From positions 1 through 54,629 of the forward strand of contig DAIDJD010000013.1 in the NCBI GenBank assembly GCA_027451505.1: 54,629 nt of DNA, in the 5' to 3' direction. Below the pieces are notes generated by a model. It was not told where the DNA came from, searched no databases, and was given only the letters and a program-made list of their open reading frames with translations. This document shows positions 23,844 to 33,035 of this stretch, piece after piece; position 1 is the stretch's first letter; every line of letters starts with the position of its first letter. The stretch is from a candidate division FCPU426 bacterium (GTDB lineage: Bacteria; Oederibacteriota; JAJYGY01; DAIDJD01). A program made the position numbers and the translations under genes.

Positions 23844-26528
23844 CTAGTCCTTCAACGGGCTTTTGCGCGGCTCGGCCAGCCCCAGCTCGCGCACCGCGCC
23901 GGCGACCTCGGCGGCGTCCACCTTTCCGCGGCGCTGGAGGGCGCGCAGGGCCTCCAGGACGATGTTCTCGGCGTCCACCTCGAAGAAGCGGCGCAGCTCC
24001 TCGCGGCCCTCGCTGCGGCCGAAACCGTCGGTGCCCAGGGCCGTGAAGTCGCGGATCCAGGGCTTCACCTGCTCGGCCACCAGCCGCACGTAGTCGCTGC
24101 TGGCCACCACGGGGTGCTCCAGGCCCTGCGCCACCTGGTGCAGGTAGCTGGAGCGGGGCGCCTCCCCTGGGTGCAGCCGGTTCCAGCGCTCGGCCTCGAG
24201 GGCCTCCCAGCGCAGGGTCTTGTAGCTGGTGGCGGACCAGACGTCGGACCCGATGCCGTACTTCTCGGCCAGGATCGCGGAGGCCCGCAGGGCCTCGCGG
24301 AAGATGGAGCCGGACCCGAAGAGGTGGACCCTCCCCCGTTCCTTGCCCTTGGCCTGGACCGTGGCGTAACGGTAGAGGCCCCGGCGTATCCCCTCCTCGC
24401 AGCCCTCGGGCTTGGCCGGATGCTCGTAGTTCTCGTTGCACAGGGTCAGGTAGTAGAAGATCTGCTCGTCCTCGGCGTACATGCGCCGCAGGCCGTCCTG
24501 GAGGATGACGGCGATCTCGTAGAGGTAGGCCGGGTCGTAGGCCACCAGGTTCGGCACGGCCGAGGCGGCCAAGTGGCTGTGGCCGTCCTCGTGCTGGAGC
24601 CCCTCGCCGTTGAGCGTGGTCCGGCCGGCCGTCCCGCCGAGCAGGAAGCCCTTCACGCGGCTGTCGGCGGCCTGCCAGATCTGGTCCCCCACCCGCTGGA
24701 AGCCGAACATCGAGTAGTAGATGTAGAACGGGATGGTGTTGACGCCGTAGACGCTGTAGGCGGTCCCCGCCGCCAGGAAGCTGGCCATGGCCCCGGCCTC
24801 GTTGATGCCCTCCTGCAGGATTTGGCCGTTGCGGGCCTCGCGGTAGTAGGCCACGTTGTCGGCGTCCACGGGGTCGTAGAGCTGGCCCTGGCTGGCGTAG
24901 ATCCCGATCTGGGAGAAGAGCGGGTCGAGTCCGAAGGTGCGGGCCTCGTCCGGGATGATGGGCACGATGAGCTTGCCGATGTCCCGGTTCTTCAGCAGTT
25001 TGGCCAGGACCATGTTGAAGGCCATCGTGGTGCTGACCGCACGGCCCTTGGACCCGGAGAAGAACTCCGCGAACTCCTCCAGCGCCGGCGTCTTGAGGCG
25101 CCCCGCCATGGGAAGGCGCTGCGGCACGGGGCCGCCCAAGGCCTCGCGGCGCGCGCGCAGGTACCGCATTTCGGGGCTGTCCTCGGCGGGCTTGTAGAAG
25201 GGCAGGATGGCCACCTGCTCGTCGGACAGGGGGATCGAGAAGCGGGTGCGGAATTCCTTGAGCTGCTCCTCGTTGAGCTTCTTGCTGTTGTGGGCCACGT
25301 TGCGCCCCTCGCCGGCCTCGCCGAGGCCGTACCCCTTGATGGTCTTGGCCAGGATGACCGTGGGGCGGCCGGTCTCGGCCGCGGCCGCGGCGTAAGCGGC
25401 GTAGACCTTCTCCGGGTCGTGGCCGCCCCGCTTGATCTTGTGGATCTGCTCATCGGAGAGGTGCTCGACGAGCTTGCGCAGCTTGGGGCTGTTGAAGAAA
25501 TGCTCCCGCACCTCGGCGCCCTTGGCCACGGTGTACTTCTGGTACTGCCCGTCGACCACCTCGCCCATGCGCGCCACCAGCTCGCCGTCGTCGGCCGCCA
25601 GGATGGGGTCCCATTCGCCGCCCCAGATCACCTTGATCACGTTCCAACCGGCGCCGCGGAAGATGCGCTCGAGCTCCTGGATGATCTTCCCGTTGCCCCG
25701 CACCGGGCCGTCCAGGCGCTGCAGGTTGCAGTTGACCACCCACACCAAGTTGTCGAGGCGCTCGCGGACCGCGAGGTTGATCGCCCCCAAGGTCTCGGGC
25801 TCGTCGCTCTCGCCGTCGCCCACGAAGCTCCACACCTTCTCGCCGCCGGGCTGCTTGAGGCCCCGGTGCTCGAGGTAGCGCATGAAACGCGCCTGGTAGA
25901 TGCTGGAGATGGGGCCCAGCCCCATGCTCACCGTGGGGAACTGCCAGAATTCCGGCATGAGCCAAGGGTGCGGGTAGCTGCTCAGGCCCGGCGTCGCCTT
26001 GAGCTCGCGCCGGAAGTTGACGAGATGCTCCTCACCGAGGCGCCCCTCCAGGAAGGCGCGCGCGTAGATGCCGGGGGCGGCGTGCCCCTGGTAGTAGACG
26101 ATGTCCCCGGCGAAGCCCTTGGCGCGGTCCGGAGCCCTGAAGAAATGGTTGAATCCGATCTCGTAGAGGGTCGCCGAGCTGGCGAAGGTGCCGATGTGCC
26201 CGCCCGGAGCCGCGGGCTCGTGGTTCGCCCGGACGACCATCGCCATGGCGTTCCAGCGCACCGCGTTCTTGATGCGGCGCTCGAGCTCGCGGTCGCCCGG
26301 GAACGCGGTCTGCTTCTCCAGCGGGATGGTGTTGATGTAGGGGGTGTTGGCCGTGAAGGGCATGTGGATGCCCTCCTTGAAGGCCCGTTCCTGGAGATAG
26401 GCCAGGATGAGCCCGGCCCTCTCGGCGCCATAGCGCGCCTTGAGGTCGGCCAACGAATCGACCCATTCGCTGATCTCCTGCTGGTCCACGGAGGGGTCTT
26501 CGCTCAGCGTCCGAAGTATCTCGCCCAT
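23844..26528 (-). CDS. aceE: Pyruvate dehydrogenase E1 component, homodimeric type
   Basis: ATG at 26528 with GAGGAA upstream; 894 aa. Colinear with AceE-type E1 (GGHIGTFASSATLYEIGFNHFF, GDGESDEPE...). The track start at 26756 is over-extended. Confidence 0.92.
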   Translation of the reverse strand: MGEILRTLSEDPSVDQQEISEWVDSLADLKARYGAERAGLILAYLQERAFKEGIHMPFTANTPYINTIPLEKQTAFPGDRELERRIKNAVRWNAMAMVVRANHEPAAPGGHIGTFASSATLYEIGFNHFFRAPDRAKGFAGDIVYYQGHAAPGIYARAFLEGRLGEEHLVNFRRELKATPGLSSYPHPWLMPEFWQFPTVSMGLGPISSIYQARFMRYLEHRGLKQPGGEKVWSFVGDGESDEPETLGAINLAVRERLDNLVWVVNCNLQRLDGPVRGNGKIIQELERIFRGAGWNVIKVIWGGEWDPILAADDGELVARMGEVVDGQYQKYTVAKGAEVREHFFNSPKLRKLVEHLSDEQIHKIKRGGHDPEKVYAAYAAAAAETGRPTVILAKTIKGYGLGEAGEGRNVAHNSKKLNEEQLKEFRTRFSIPLSDEQVAILPFYKPAEDSPEMRYLRARREALGGPVPQRLPMAGRLKTPALEEFAEFFSGSKGRAVSTTMAFNMVLAKLLKNRDIGKLIVPIIPDEARTFGLDPLFSQIGIYASQGQLYDPVDADNVAYYREARNGQILQEGINEAGAMASFLAAGTAYSVYGVNTIPFYIYYSMFGFQRVGDQIWQAADSRVKGFLLGGTAGRTTLNGEGLQHEDGHSHLAASAVPNLVAYDPAYLYEIAVILQDGLRRMYAEDEQIFYYLTLCNENYEHPAKPEGCEEGIRRGLYRYATVQAKGKERGRVHLFGSGSIFREALRASAILAEKYGIGSDVWSATSYKTLRWEALEAERWNRLHPGEAPRSSYLHQVAQGLEHPVVASSDYVRLVAEQVKPWIRDFTALGTDGFGRSEGREELRRFFEVDAENIVLEALRALQRRGKVDAAEVAGAVRELGLAEPRKSPLKD

Positions 26529-26662
26529 GATTCCTCGCCGTCGCGGGACAGATGCCGCCTTCCCGGGAGGCCGCGGGCGGCTCCGGGAGTCCCAAAAGAA
26601 CATCATTTCAAGGATTTTTCGTCGCACCGGGCGGTCTCGGACCGGGCCCGGTGCAGCCCCAA

Positions 26663-26691
26663 ATTGTACCTTACCAGGGGGCCCTTGACCA
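26663..26691 (-). promoter_or_regulatory. Candidate sigma-70 promoter for aceE (TGGTCA-17 nt-TACAAT)
   Basis: Read on the minus strand. It sits ~135 nt upstream of the aceE ATG and just downstream of the preceding terminator. This is a hexamer match only. Confidence 0.35.
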
Positions 26692-26709
26692 CCCCCGTAG
26701 GCCCCCCAC

Positions 26710-26740
26710 AAAAAAACGGGGTCCCCCTTGGGGGACCCCG
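26710..26740 (-). terminator. Rho-independent terminator of the SpoVG-like gene
   Basis: On the minus strand, CGGGGTCCCCC-aa-GGGGGACCCCG is followed directly by T7. Confidence 0.8.
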
Positions 26741-26790
26741 CATGTCTGAACACCACCCATGGGGTCAGTACTCGTAGATTTTCGGATTCT

Positions 26791-27666
26791 TCACTCTTCT
26801 CCTTCGTCTCCTTGAGCTTTCGATGGTTGCGACGGCTCGGAGCCCGGCTTTTCGGGCTGCAACAGGCCGTCGATGCCTGTGTAGGGGTTGAACCGGCTGC
26901 TCAACGGCCGGTTGGCCAAGTTGGCTCCGGTGGGGAACCCGAAACCGTTGCGGCCATCGTCGTAGCCGCGGTAGCCGACCCGGTTGCCGAAGTCGTCGCC
27001 GCGGTTGCCGGCGGCGCCCCGGTCCCGGTACCCGCCGCCGCCGCCGTTGTTGCCGCCGCGGTACCCGCCTCCACCTCCGCCGCCGCGGTAGTCGTAGCCG
27101 TTGCCCATGGTCACCGGGCGGGATTCGTTGCGGAAAGGCTGACGCGTCTGCGGTTCGCGGGGTTCCCGCCCCTCGCGCGGCTCCCGCGGCTCCCGCGGCT
27201 GGCGGGGTTCCCTGGCGTCGCGTCCTTCCCGTCCCTCACGCCCGTCGCGTCCCTCCCTCGCTTCGCGCCCATCGCGCCCCTCCCGGGGCTCGCGGTGTTC
27301 GCGGAACTCGCGGTCCTCATCCTCGTCACCGCTGCCGTGCTGCCCGGGAGGCAAGGGCGCGCAGGCCTTCTCCGCGTCCACGCCGAGCTCCTCGCAGCGC
27401 TTCCTGAATTCCTCGATGGCGTTGGCCTGCACCAGTTCCTTCAGGCCGCGCTCCATGTAGTAATAGTCCTCGAAGCCCTTGACCGGCTGGCCCTCCCGCT
27501 TGCGGCTGGGAAAGCTGAGGTAGAGGCCGTTGGCGCCCCGCACCAGGGCCATGCTGTTCAGGAACAGCGCGCCGGCCTCGGTGATGATTTTGCAGCTGAC
27601 GAACGCCGCGGTCTTGCTGTTCTCCCCGTGCACCATGTGGATGCGGAGGTTTTCAAAAGCAGGCAT
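26791..27666 (-). CDS. SpoVG-like N-terminal domain fused to an RE-triplet/RGG-YG low-complexity tail
   Basis: ATG at 27666 with GGGAG upstream; 291 aa. The first ~95 aa follow the SpoVG pattern (…AFVSCKI…ALVRGANGLYLSFPSRK…). Residues ~119-172 are (R-E/D-x)n, and residues ~186-244 are GGGGGGGYRGG…GYRGYDDGRNGFGF. Confidence 0.6.
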   Translation of the reverse strand: MPAFENLRIHMVHGENSKTAAFVSCKIITEAGALFLNSMALVRGANGLYLSFPSRKREGQPVKGFEDYYYMERGLKELVQANAIEEFRKRCEELGVDAEKACAPLPPGQHGSGDEDEDREFREHREPREGRDGREAREGRDGREGREGRDAREPRQPREPREPREGREPREPQTRQPFRNESRPVTMGNGYDYRGGGGGGGYRGGNNGGGGGYRDRGAAGNRGDDFGNRVGYRGYDDGRNGFGFPTGANLANRPLSSRFNPYTGIDGLLQPEKPGSEPSQPSKAQGDEGEE

Positions 27667-27833
27667 GGCTGCTCCCAACAATGATGGACGCGTCCAGACA
27701 TAAGGTTCCGGACCCCACCGCCGCGAAAACCGCGGCGGGCCTTCCAAACGCCCCGGGCCACCGGCCCAGGGCGTGCCCACCGATCAACGCATGGATCGCC
27801 TCCTGGGGTCCCCTCCGCGGCCCGGATGGGCGC

Positions 27834-28223
27834 CTAAAGAGGGGCCCGGCCTTTGACGCCGGTGTCCAGCGGATGCCACCAGGCGATGTTGGGCTCCCCG
27901 TCCATCCAGCACAGGTACACCACCTCGTTCCCGCGGACGCTGCGGAAATCCACCAACCCCTTGTCGATATCCTTGAGTTCGCACCCCAGGCCCTGGAGCT
28001 CGTCGAGGGCCAGGTGGAACTCCCGCGTGGCCTCCTCCACCCGCGCCAAATGGCCGGAGGATCCGCCGGAGCCGGTGATCTCCTCCACATCCGAAAGGGC
28101 TTGGGCCGCGAACACGCCCTTGCGGGCCCCGCGCAGGCGGGACAGAAGTCCGCGCACCCGGGGAAGGAGGGCGTTCGCCTCGTCGAGGCTGAACAGGCGT
28201 ATGGGGTATCCGGGTTCGGACAT
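27834..28223 (-). CDS. DUF2203-family protein
   Basis: ATG at 28223; 129 aa. FSLDEANALLPRVRGLL…GCELKDIDKGLVDFRS…VYLCWMDGEPNIAWWH matches my memory of the DUF2203 pattern. Confidence 0.7.
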   Translation of the reverse strand: MSEPGYPIRLFSLDEANALLPRVRGLLSRLRGARKGVFAAQALSDVEEITGSGGSSGHLARVEEATREFHLALDELQGLGCELKDIDKGLVDFRSVRGNEVVYLCWMDGEPNIAWWHPLDTGVKGRAPL

Positions 28224-28237
28224 CGGCTGGCGGAAGA

Positions 28238-28654
28238 TCAGTTCTGGTCTGCCCTTTTCGCGAGGCGCCCCACCAGGTCGCGGTCGGCCTTGGGGAATTG
28301 ATAGTAGATGAGTTCGTTCGGGTGGACCCAACGAAAATCCTGAACCTCAAGCGCCTTCGGTTCGCCGCCTTCCAGGGTGCAGGAATAAAAGCGCAGCTCC
28401 AGGCGCCGATCCGGATAGCTGTAGCGGATGGTCTCCAGGTGGCCGCCCGCCTTGACTTCGATGCCGAGTTCCTCGCGCAGCTCGCGTTCGATGCAGGCCC
28501 GGTCATCCTCTTCGGGGCGCTTCTTGCCCCCGGGGAACTCCCAGACCCCACCCAAATGGTCGTCGTACCTGCGTTGGGTGATGAGGAGCTTGCCGCCCTT
28601 CTCCACCACCCCCACACCTACGATTTTGAAGCCGTCTTTGGTCTCTTCACTCAT
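28238..28654 (-). CDS. NUDIX hydrolase, MutT/(d)NTP pyrophosphohydrolase-like
   Basis: 138 aa. NUDIX box GGVWEFPGGKKRPEEDDRACIERELREELGI. Confidence 0.85.
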   Translation of the reverse strand: MSEETKDGFKIVGVGVVEKGGKLLITQRRYDDHLGGVWEFPGGKKRPEEDDRACIERELREELGIEVKAGGHLETIRYSYPDRRLELRFYSCTLEGGEPKALEVQDFRWVHPNELIYYQFPKADRDLVGRLAKRADQN

Positions 28655-28762
28655 AGCGGCACGCGTACCCCAAGGGACCCCCTATCTTGAGGCATGGCCG
28701 GGCCGCGGGCAAGGGCAATCTGGCCTCGGAATGCCTTCCTTCCGGCGCTTGGCCCCGGGGCC

Positions 28763-29872
28763 TCAACGCCCGGCTCCCCGGCCCGCCGGGGGCGGGGAGC
28801 GCTCCAACGCCAGCATGCGCTTCAAGATGGCGATGCGCTTGGCGATTTCCGCGGCCCTCCGGCTGGCCGGGAACAGCCGTTCATACTTCTCCCAATAGGC
28901 CAGGGCCTCCCGCTTGCGGTCGAGGCGTTCCAGGACCACGGCCGCGTTGACGTAGGCCGCCGCGTCCCAGGGCGCCACCTGCAGGGCGAGCTGGTACATG
29001 TTCAAGGCGTGCTCGATGCGGTCCTCCCGGTCGTAGATCAGCCCCAGGTTGAAGTAGGCGTTCTCGAGCGTGTCCTCGTCCTTGGGATGGCGGCGCACCA
29101 CCCAGGCGTTGAGCCGCTCGGCCGCCTTGAGCCGGCCCTCGAGGAAGTACACGGCCGCCAGGTTCTGGGCGGCCCCGAGGTCGTCGGGGTCGAGCTTCAG
29201 GACGCGGTGGTAGTCCTTCTCGGCCGCGCCGAGGTCCTTGAGCTTCAGGTAGACGCCGCCCCGGTTGAAGCGGGTGATGGTGTCGCGGGGGTTGATCTCA
29301 AGGGCGTCGGCGTACTGCTTCAGGGAGGCGTTCTCCTTGCCCTCGTCGTCGTAGACGTTCCCGAGGCTGGAATGCAGGCCCCCATGCCGGGGGGCCAGGG
29401 CCAACCCCTTGAGCGCCGCCTTCTCGGCCTGCGGCAGGCTGCCCTTCCAGCCCTCCACCACGCTGAGGTCGTAGAGGCTCTTGGTGTCCTTGGGATCACG
29501 GCGGATCGCGCTTTGGAAGCAGGAGATCGCGGCGTCGAAATCGTCGTCCAGGGCGTAGGACGAGCCGAGGTTGCGCCACAGGGTTGCGTTGGCGGGGTCC
29601 TTCTTCACCGCATCGGCCAGGAGCTGGATGCTGCGGCGGAAATCCCCGCGCCGGTAAAAATACGCGCCCCAAGCCGCCTCGCCCTGGGGAGCGGTCGCCG
29701 TCGGCGCCGCGCCGGGGGCCGTCCCGAAGCGCACGATGCGCTGGTCCGGCGCAGGGGCGGAGGGGCCCGCCGCCGCGGGGACGGGCCGCTGCAAGGTGGT
29801 GCACCCCGTCCCGACGAGGGCCACGCAACCCGCGGCGAACGCGGCTCCGGCGGCGCGCAGGGAAACCCTCAC
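28763..29872 (-). CDS. TPR-repeat lipoprotein
   Basis: The GTG at 29872 overlaps the upstream TGA (GTGA). Lipobox-like ALVGTGC. At least 7 TPR-like units (…A..Y..ALE.NP…). Confidence 0.75.
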   Translation of the reverse strand: MRVSLRAAGAAFAAGCVALVGTGCTTLQRPVPAAAGPSAPAPDQRIVRFGTAPGAAPTATAPQGEAAWGAYFYRRGDFRRSIQLLADAVKKDPANATLWRNLGSSYALDDDFDAAISCFQSAIRRDPKDTKSLYDLSVVEGWKGSLPQAEKAALKGLALAPRHGGLHSSLGNVYDDEGKENASLKQYADALEINPRDTITRFNRGGVYLKLKDLGAAEKDYHRVLKLDPDDLGAAQNLAAVYFLEGRLKAAERLNAWVVRRHPKDEDTLENAYFNLGLIYDREDRIEHALNMYQLALQVAPWDAAAYVNAAVVLERLDRKREALAYWEKYERLFPASRRAAEIAKRIAILKRMLALERSPPPAGRGAGR

Positions 29873-30405
29873 CTGGCCCCCTGTCCCGGCCCGCTTCGGC
29901 CCACTTCGGTGAGGGCCCCGATGAACCGGGAATGCATGTCGCGGCAACCGTCCAGGCAAAGGTGCACCAGGGCACGGTCGTCGGCGGCGCCGCACAGGCG
30001 CGTGAACGCATCGGCCACGGCGAGATGTGGGTCCTCCGGGTGGAGCCCTTCCCGGAGCGCTTTGGAATAGGCCTTCATGCGCCCTCCCAGGACCATCACC
30101 GCGGTCTCTCCCTCGGCGGCGAACCGCTCCAGGAGGCCCTCGGCCAGCCTACGCACGTAGAGAACATGGTACTGCTCCAGGCCTTCGGGCCTCAGTCCCA
30201 GGCGCTCCAGCATGCCGGTCCCGTACTCCAATCCGAGGGCCGCCTTCAGCATGAAGAACTCGTGCAGCACTCGGGCCGGGTCGAGCCCGCCGGCGGCGAA
30301 GGCCGCCGCGTCGCACCGGCGCACCTCCTCCTCGGAGGGGGGCAGCCAGGCCATGACGCCCTCGACCGCGTCCAGGGTGCTGAAATCATCCTTGAGAAAG
30401 CCCAT
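29869..30405 (-). CDS. Hypothetical helical protein
   Basis: I recognise no family. GC-rich third positions, embedded in the operon. The start is either ATG 30405 or GTG 30420. Confidence 0.5.
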   Translation of the reverse strand: MGFLKDDFSTLDAVEGVMAWLPPSEEEVRRCDAAAFAAGGLDPARVLHEFFMLKAALGLEYGTGMLERLGLRPEGLEQYHVLYVRRLAEGLLERFAAEGETAVMVLGGRMKAYSKALREGLHPEDPHLAVADAFTRLCGAADDRALVHLCLDGCRDMHSRFIGALTEVGRSGPGQGAR

Positions 30406-30413
30406 GCCACAGT

Positions 30414-31625
30414 CTACCACGCTCGGCGGCGCGCGCCAGCGAGCAGGGACCCCTCCAGCACCCGGACGTTCCGGTCCCAGTCGTAGGAGGAGCGCACGAG
30501 CGCCAAGGCCCTCCGGGCCAGGGCCGGTCCCGGGGATCCCGGCGCCATCAGCCTTAGGACCGCAGCCGCGAAGGCCTCCGGATCACGGGCCACCAGCAGG
30601 TGCCGCCCGTCGTCCGCCTCGGCACCCTCCGCGGCCAGGGGCGTGGCCACGCTGGGCAGGCCCGCGGCGAAGGCCTCGAGGAGCTTATTCTGGCGGCCGG
30701 CGCCCCCCAGAACCGGACACAAGCCCACCCCCGCCCCCCACAACAGCGGGCGGGTATCCGGGACAAACCCCAGGAAACGTACCCCGGGGCGTCCCGCCAG
30801 GCGGGCCAGGCGGGACGGCGCGCCGCCCCCGGCCACGGACAGACGCGCGCCGGGCTGGCCCCGAAGCACGCGCGGGAGAACCCGCTCGACGAACCACTCC
30901 ACGGCCTCGGAGTTGGGGCGGTAGGCCAGGTTCCCCACGAACACCATGGACCTCGGGTCGCGGCGGTTCGCCGGGGGCGGGGCGAAACCGGCCGCGTCGA
31001 CCCCGTTGGCGGCCACCAGCAGCCGGCCCGCCGCCTGCGGCGCCATCGCGGCCACCGCGTCCCGGTCGCCGCAGGCGTTGAAGAATCCCCCGTCGAACTG
31101 GACGGCGCAGAAGGCCTCCAACGCGGCCAGGCGGCGCGCCTGCGCCTGGGCGAAGGCCGCGGCCAGGGGCCTACCCGAGGCGACATGGGCCGCGGCCTCG
31201 CGTTCGGCGACCCGGGTCATGGAATCGGTGTAGTCGAGGAAGCGCGGACCCCTCCAGCGCAGGGCATAGGGCGCCATTTTCAGGCGGTAGGCCAGGACCG
31301 CGTCGAAGCGGGGCCCGTTCCGGGCCAACGCGTCGATCCAACGGCGCATCCCGGCGTCGGAATCCGCGGCCACCGACACGGGCCAGGGGCCGGCCAAGGC
31401 CAGCGCCGCGGCCAAGCGACGGTCCCAGACCCCGCGCGGGAAACGCCGGACCGAGGCCGTTCCGGCAGGAGGAACTGAGGAGGCCCCGGCCGCCCCGGAA
31501 ACGTCCAGGCAGGCGAGGTGGATTTCATGCCGATGCGACAGACGTTCCAACCAATGGAACAGGCGCAGCCTATCCCCATCGCTGGGAGCGTCCGGTACCA
31601 CCGGTGCCAGCACCAGGAGCCTCAT
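30414..31625 (-). CDS. GT4-family glycosyltransferase
   Basis: 403 aa. The N-terminal MRLLVLAPVVP…GDRLR and the C-terminal EAFAAGLPSVATPLAAEG (E-x7-E region) are typical of GT4. Confidence 0.85.
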   Translation of the reverse strand: MRLLVLAPVVPDAPSDGDRLRLFHWLERLSHRHEIHLACLDVSGAAGASSVPPAGTASVRRFPRGVWDRRLAAALALAGPWPVSVAADSDAGMRRWIDALARNGPRFDAVLAYRLKMAPYALRWRGPRFLDYTDSMTRVAEREAAAHVASGRPLAAAFAQAQARRLAALEAFCAVQFDGGFFNACGDRDAVAAMAPQAAGRLLVAANGVDAAGFAPPPANRRDPRSMVFVGNLAYRPNSEAVEWFVERVLPRVLRGQPGARLSVAGGGAPSRLARLAGRPGVRFLGFVPDTRPLLWGAGVGLCPVLGGAGRQNKLLEAFAAGLPSVATPLAAEGAEADDGRHLLVARDPEAFAAAVLRLMAPGSPGPALARRALALVRSSYDWDRNVRVLEGSLLAGARRRAW

Positions 31626-31658
31626 GCCCGCCCCCAGGATCGGACCGCGGACCCGGCC

Positions 31659-32792
31659 TCACCCACCGTACAGCTCCGCGCTGCGGCGGACCATGGCATC
31701 GTAGGAGAATTCCGGCGCCACACCGGCCCGGGCCGCGCGGCCCATGCGGCGCCTCAACCCGGAGTCGTCCAGAAGCTCACCCACGCGGTCGGCCAAGGCC
31801 TCGGGATCCCTGGGCTGGCAGAGGTAGCCATTGACGCCTTCGCGCACGATCTCCGCGGCCCCGTCGACCTGGGTGGCCACCACCGGGATGCCCAGGCTCA
31901 GCGCCTGGGGCAGGACGCACGGCAGCCCCTCGAACAGGGAACACAGCAGGAACACGTCGAAGCCCGCGGCCAGGCGCCGGGGATCGTCCCGCCAGCCCAG
32001 GAAGCGCACCCGGTCCCCCACGCCCAGGTCGACGGCCAGCGCCCGGGCCGCCTCCAGCAGCGGCCCGCCGCCCACGTACACGAAATCGACGTCCCGCCGG
32101 TCCGCGGCCACCAGGGCGGCCGTCCTCACGAAGTCGAGGGGGGCCTTCTGGGGCTTGAGGTTGGCCACCACGCCGACGACCCTGGGGCGCAGCCCCGGCA
32201 CCGCGGCGGCCAGGAACGCCCGGGAACGCCGGGTTCCGGACCAGGCCGCCAGGTCCACGCCCGCGCGCACCAGGGCGTAACGGTCGCTGCGCCCGATCCC
32301 GTGGAAGAGCCCTTTTTCACGCAGGCTCGCGGCCACCACCACCAGGACGTCCGTGGCCCGGGCCAGGACCCGCTCCAAGGCCACGAAGAAGCCGAACACG
32401 GGCGCGCTCTGGAAGTCGTTGAAGGACCATCCGTGGACCGTGTGCAGGACCTTGGGGGTCCGCGCGAGCCAGGCGGCGGCCCGTCCCAGAAGTCCGGCCT
32501 TGCTGGAATGGGTGTGCACGATCTCGATCCGGTGGCGGATGAGGTAGGCCCACAGCCACGCCGCCGCCAGGAAGTCCCTCAGCGGGGAGACCGGATGCAC
32601 CATCCACGGGACCGGCACCAGGCGCTTCCCCAGGGCGCCGGAGGCCCGGGCATCCAAGGCGCCCCCGCGGCCCGCCAGCAGGCGCACATCGAAGCGGCCC
32701 GGATCCAGGCGCAGGGCCGTTTCCAGGGCCGCCTCCTGGGCCCCGCCCAGGTCCAGACGGGTGACGATGATGGCGATGCGGATGGGGCTCAT
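31659..32792 (-). CDS. GT4-family glycosyltransferase
   Basis: ATG at 32792 (IRIAIIVTRLDLGGAQ…). C-terminal SLFEGLPCVLPQALSLGIPVVATQVDGAAEIV. The track start at 32993 is over-extended. Confidence 0.85.
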   Translation of the reverse strand: MSPIRIAIIVTRLDLGGAQEAALETALRLDPGRFDVRLLAGRGGALDARASGALGKRLVPVPWMVHPVSPLRDFLAAAWLWAYLIRHRIEIVHTHSSKAGLLGRAAAWLARTPKVLHTVHGWSFNDFQSAPVFGFFVALERVLARATDVLVVVAASLREKGLFHGIGRSDRYALVRAGVDLAAWSGTRRSRAFLAAAVPGLRPRVVGVVANLKPQKAPLDFVRTAALVAADRRDVDFVYVGGGPLLEAARALAVDLGVGDRVRFLGWRDDPRRLAAGFDVFLLCSLFEGLPCVLPQALSLGIPVVATQVDGAAEIVREGVNGYLCQPRDPEALADRVGELLDDSGLRRRMGRAARAGVAPEFSYDAMVRRSAELYGG

Positions 32793-33035
32793 CGGGACCT
32801 TGCCGACGAAAAGGGGGCCCGGAAGCTTGCCCGGAACAGGGGGGAGGTATAGGTTGGATGGGTCGCGGGAACTGGGGCCGGCGGAAGGTGGTCGTCCCCA
32901 GATTGCGCGAGCCGGGCCGGTTCCGCCAACCCCTCCCACCCGGCGGAGCCGGTCCGGTACCAATCGAGTTCCGTTGAATGGTACGGAATCCAAATTCGTC
33001 CATTCCTCGCTCTTTGATACCGCCTATTAAAATTC

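Noticed and set aside
32945-32962. A sigma-54-like TGGTAC-cggac-cgGCt element (minus strand) in the spacer upstream of the GT4 genes.
   Set aside because: GG and GC are correctly spaced, but the flanking consensus bases (CAC, TTGCA) are mostly absent. It is too weak to call without a genome-wide score distribution.
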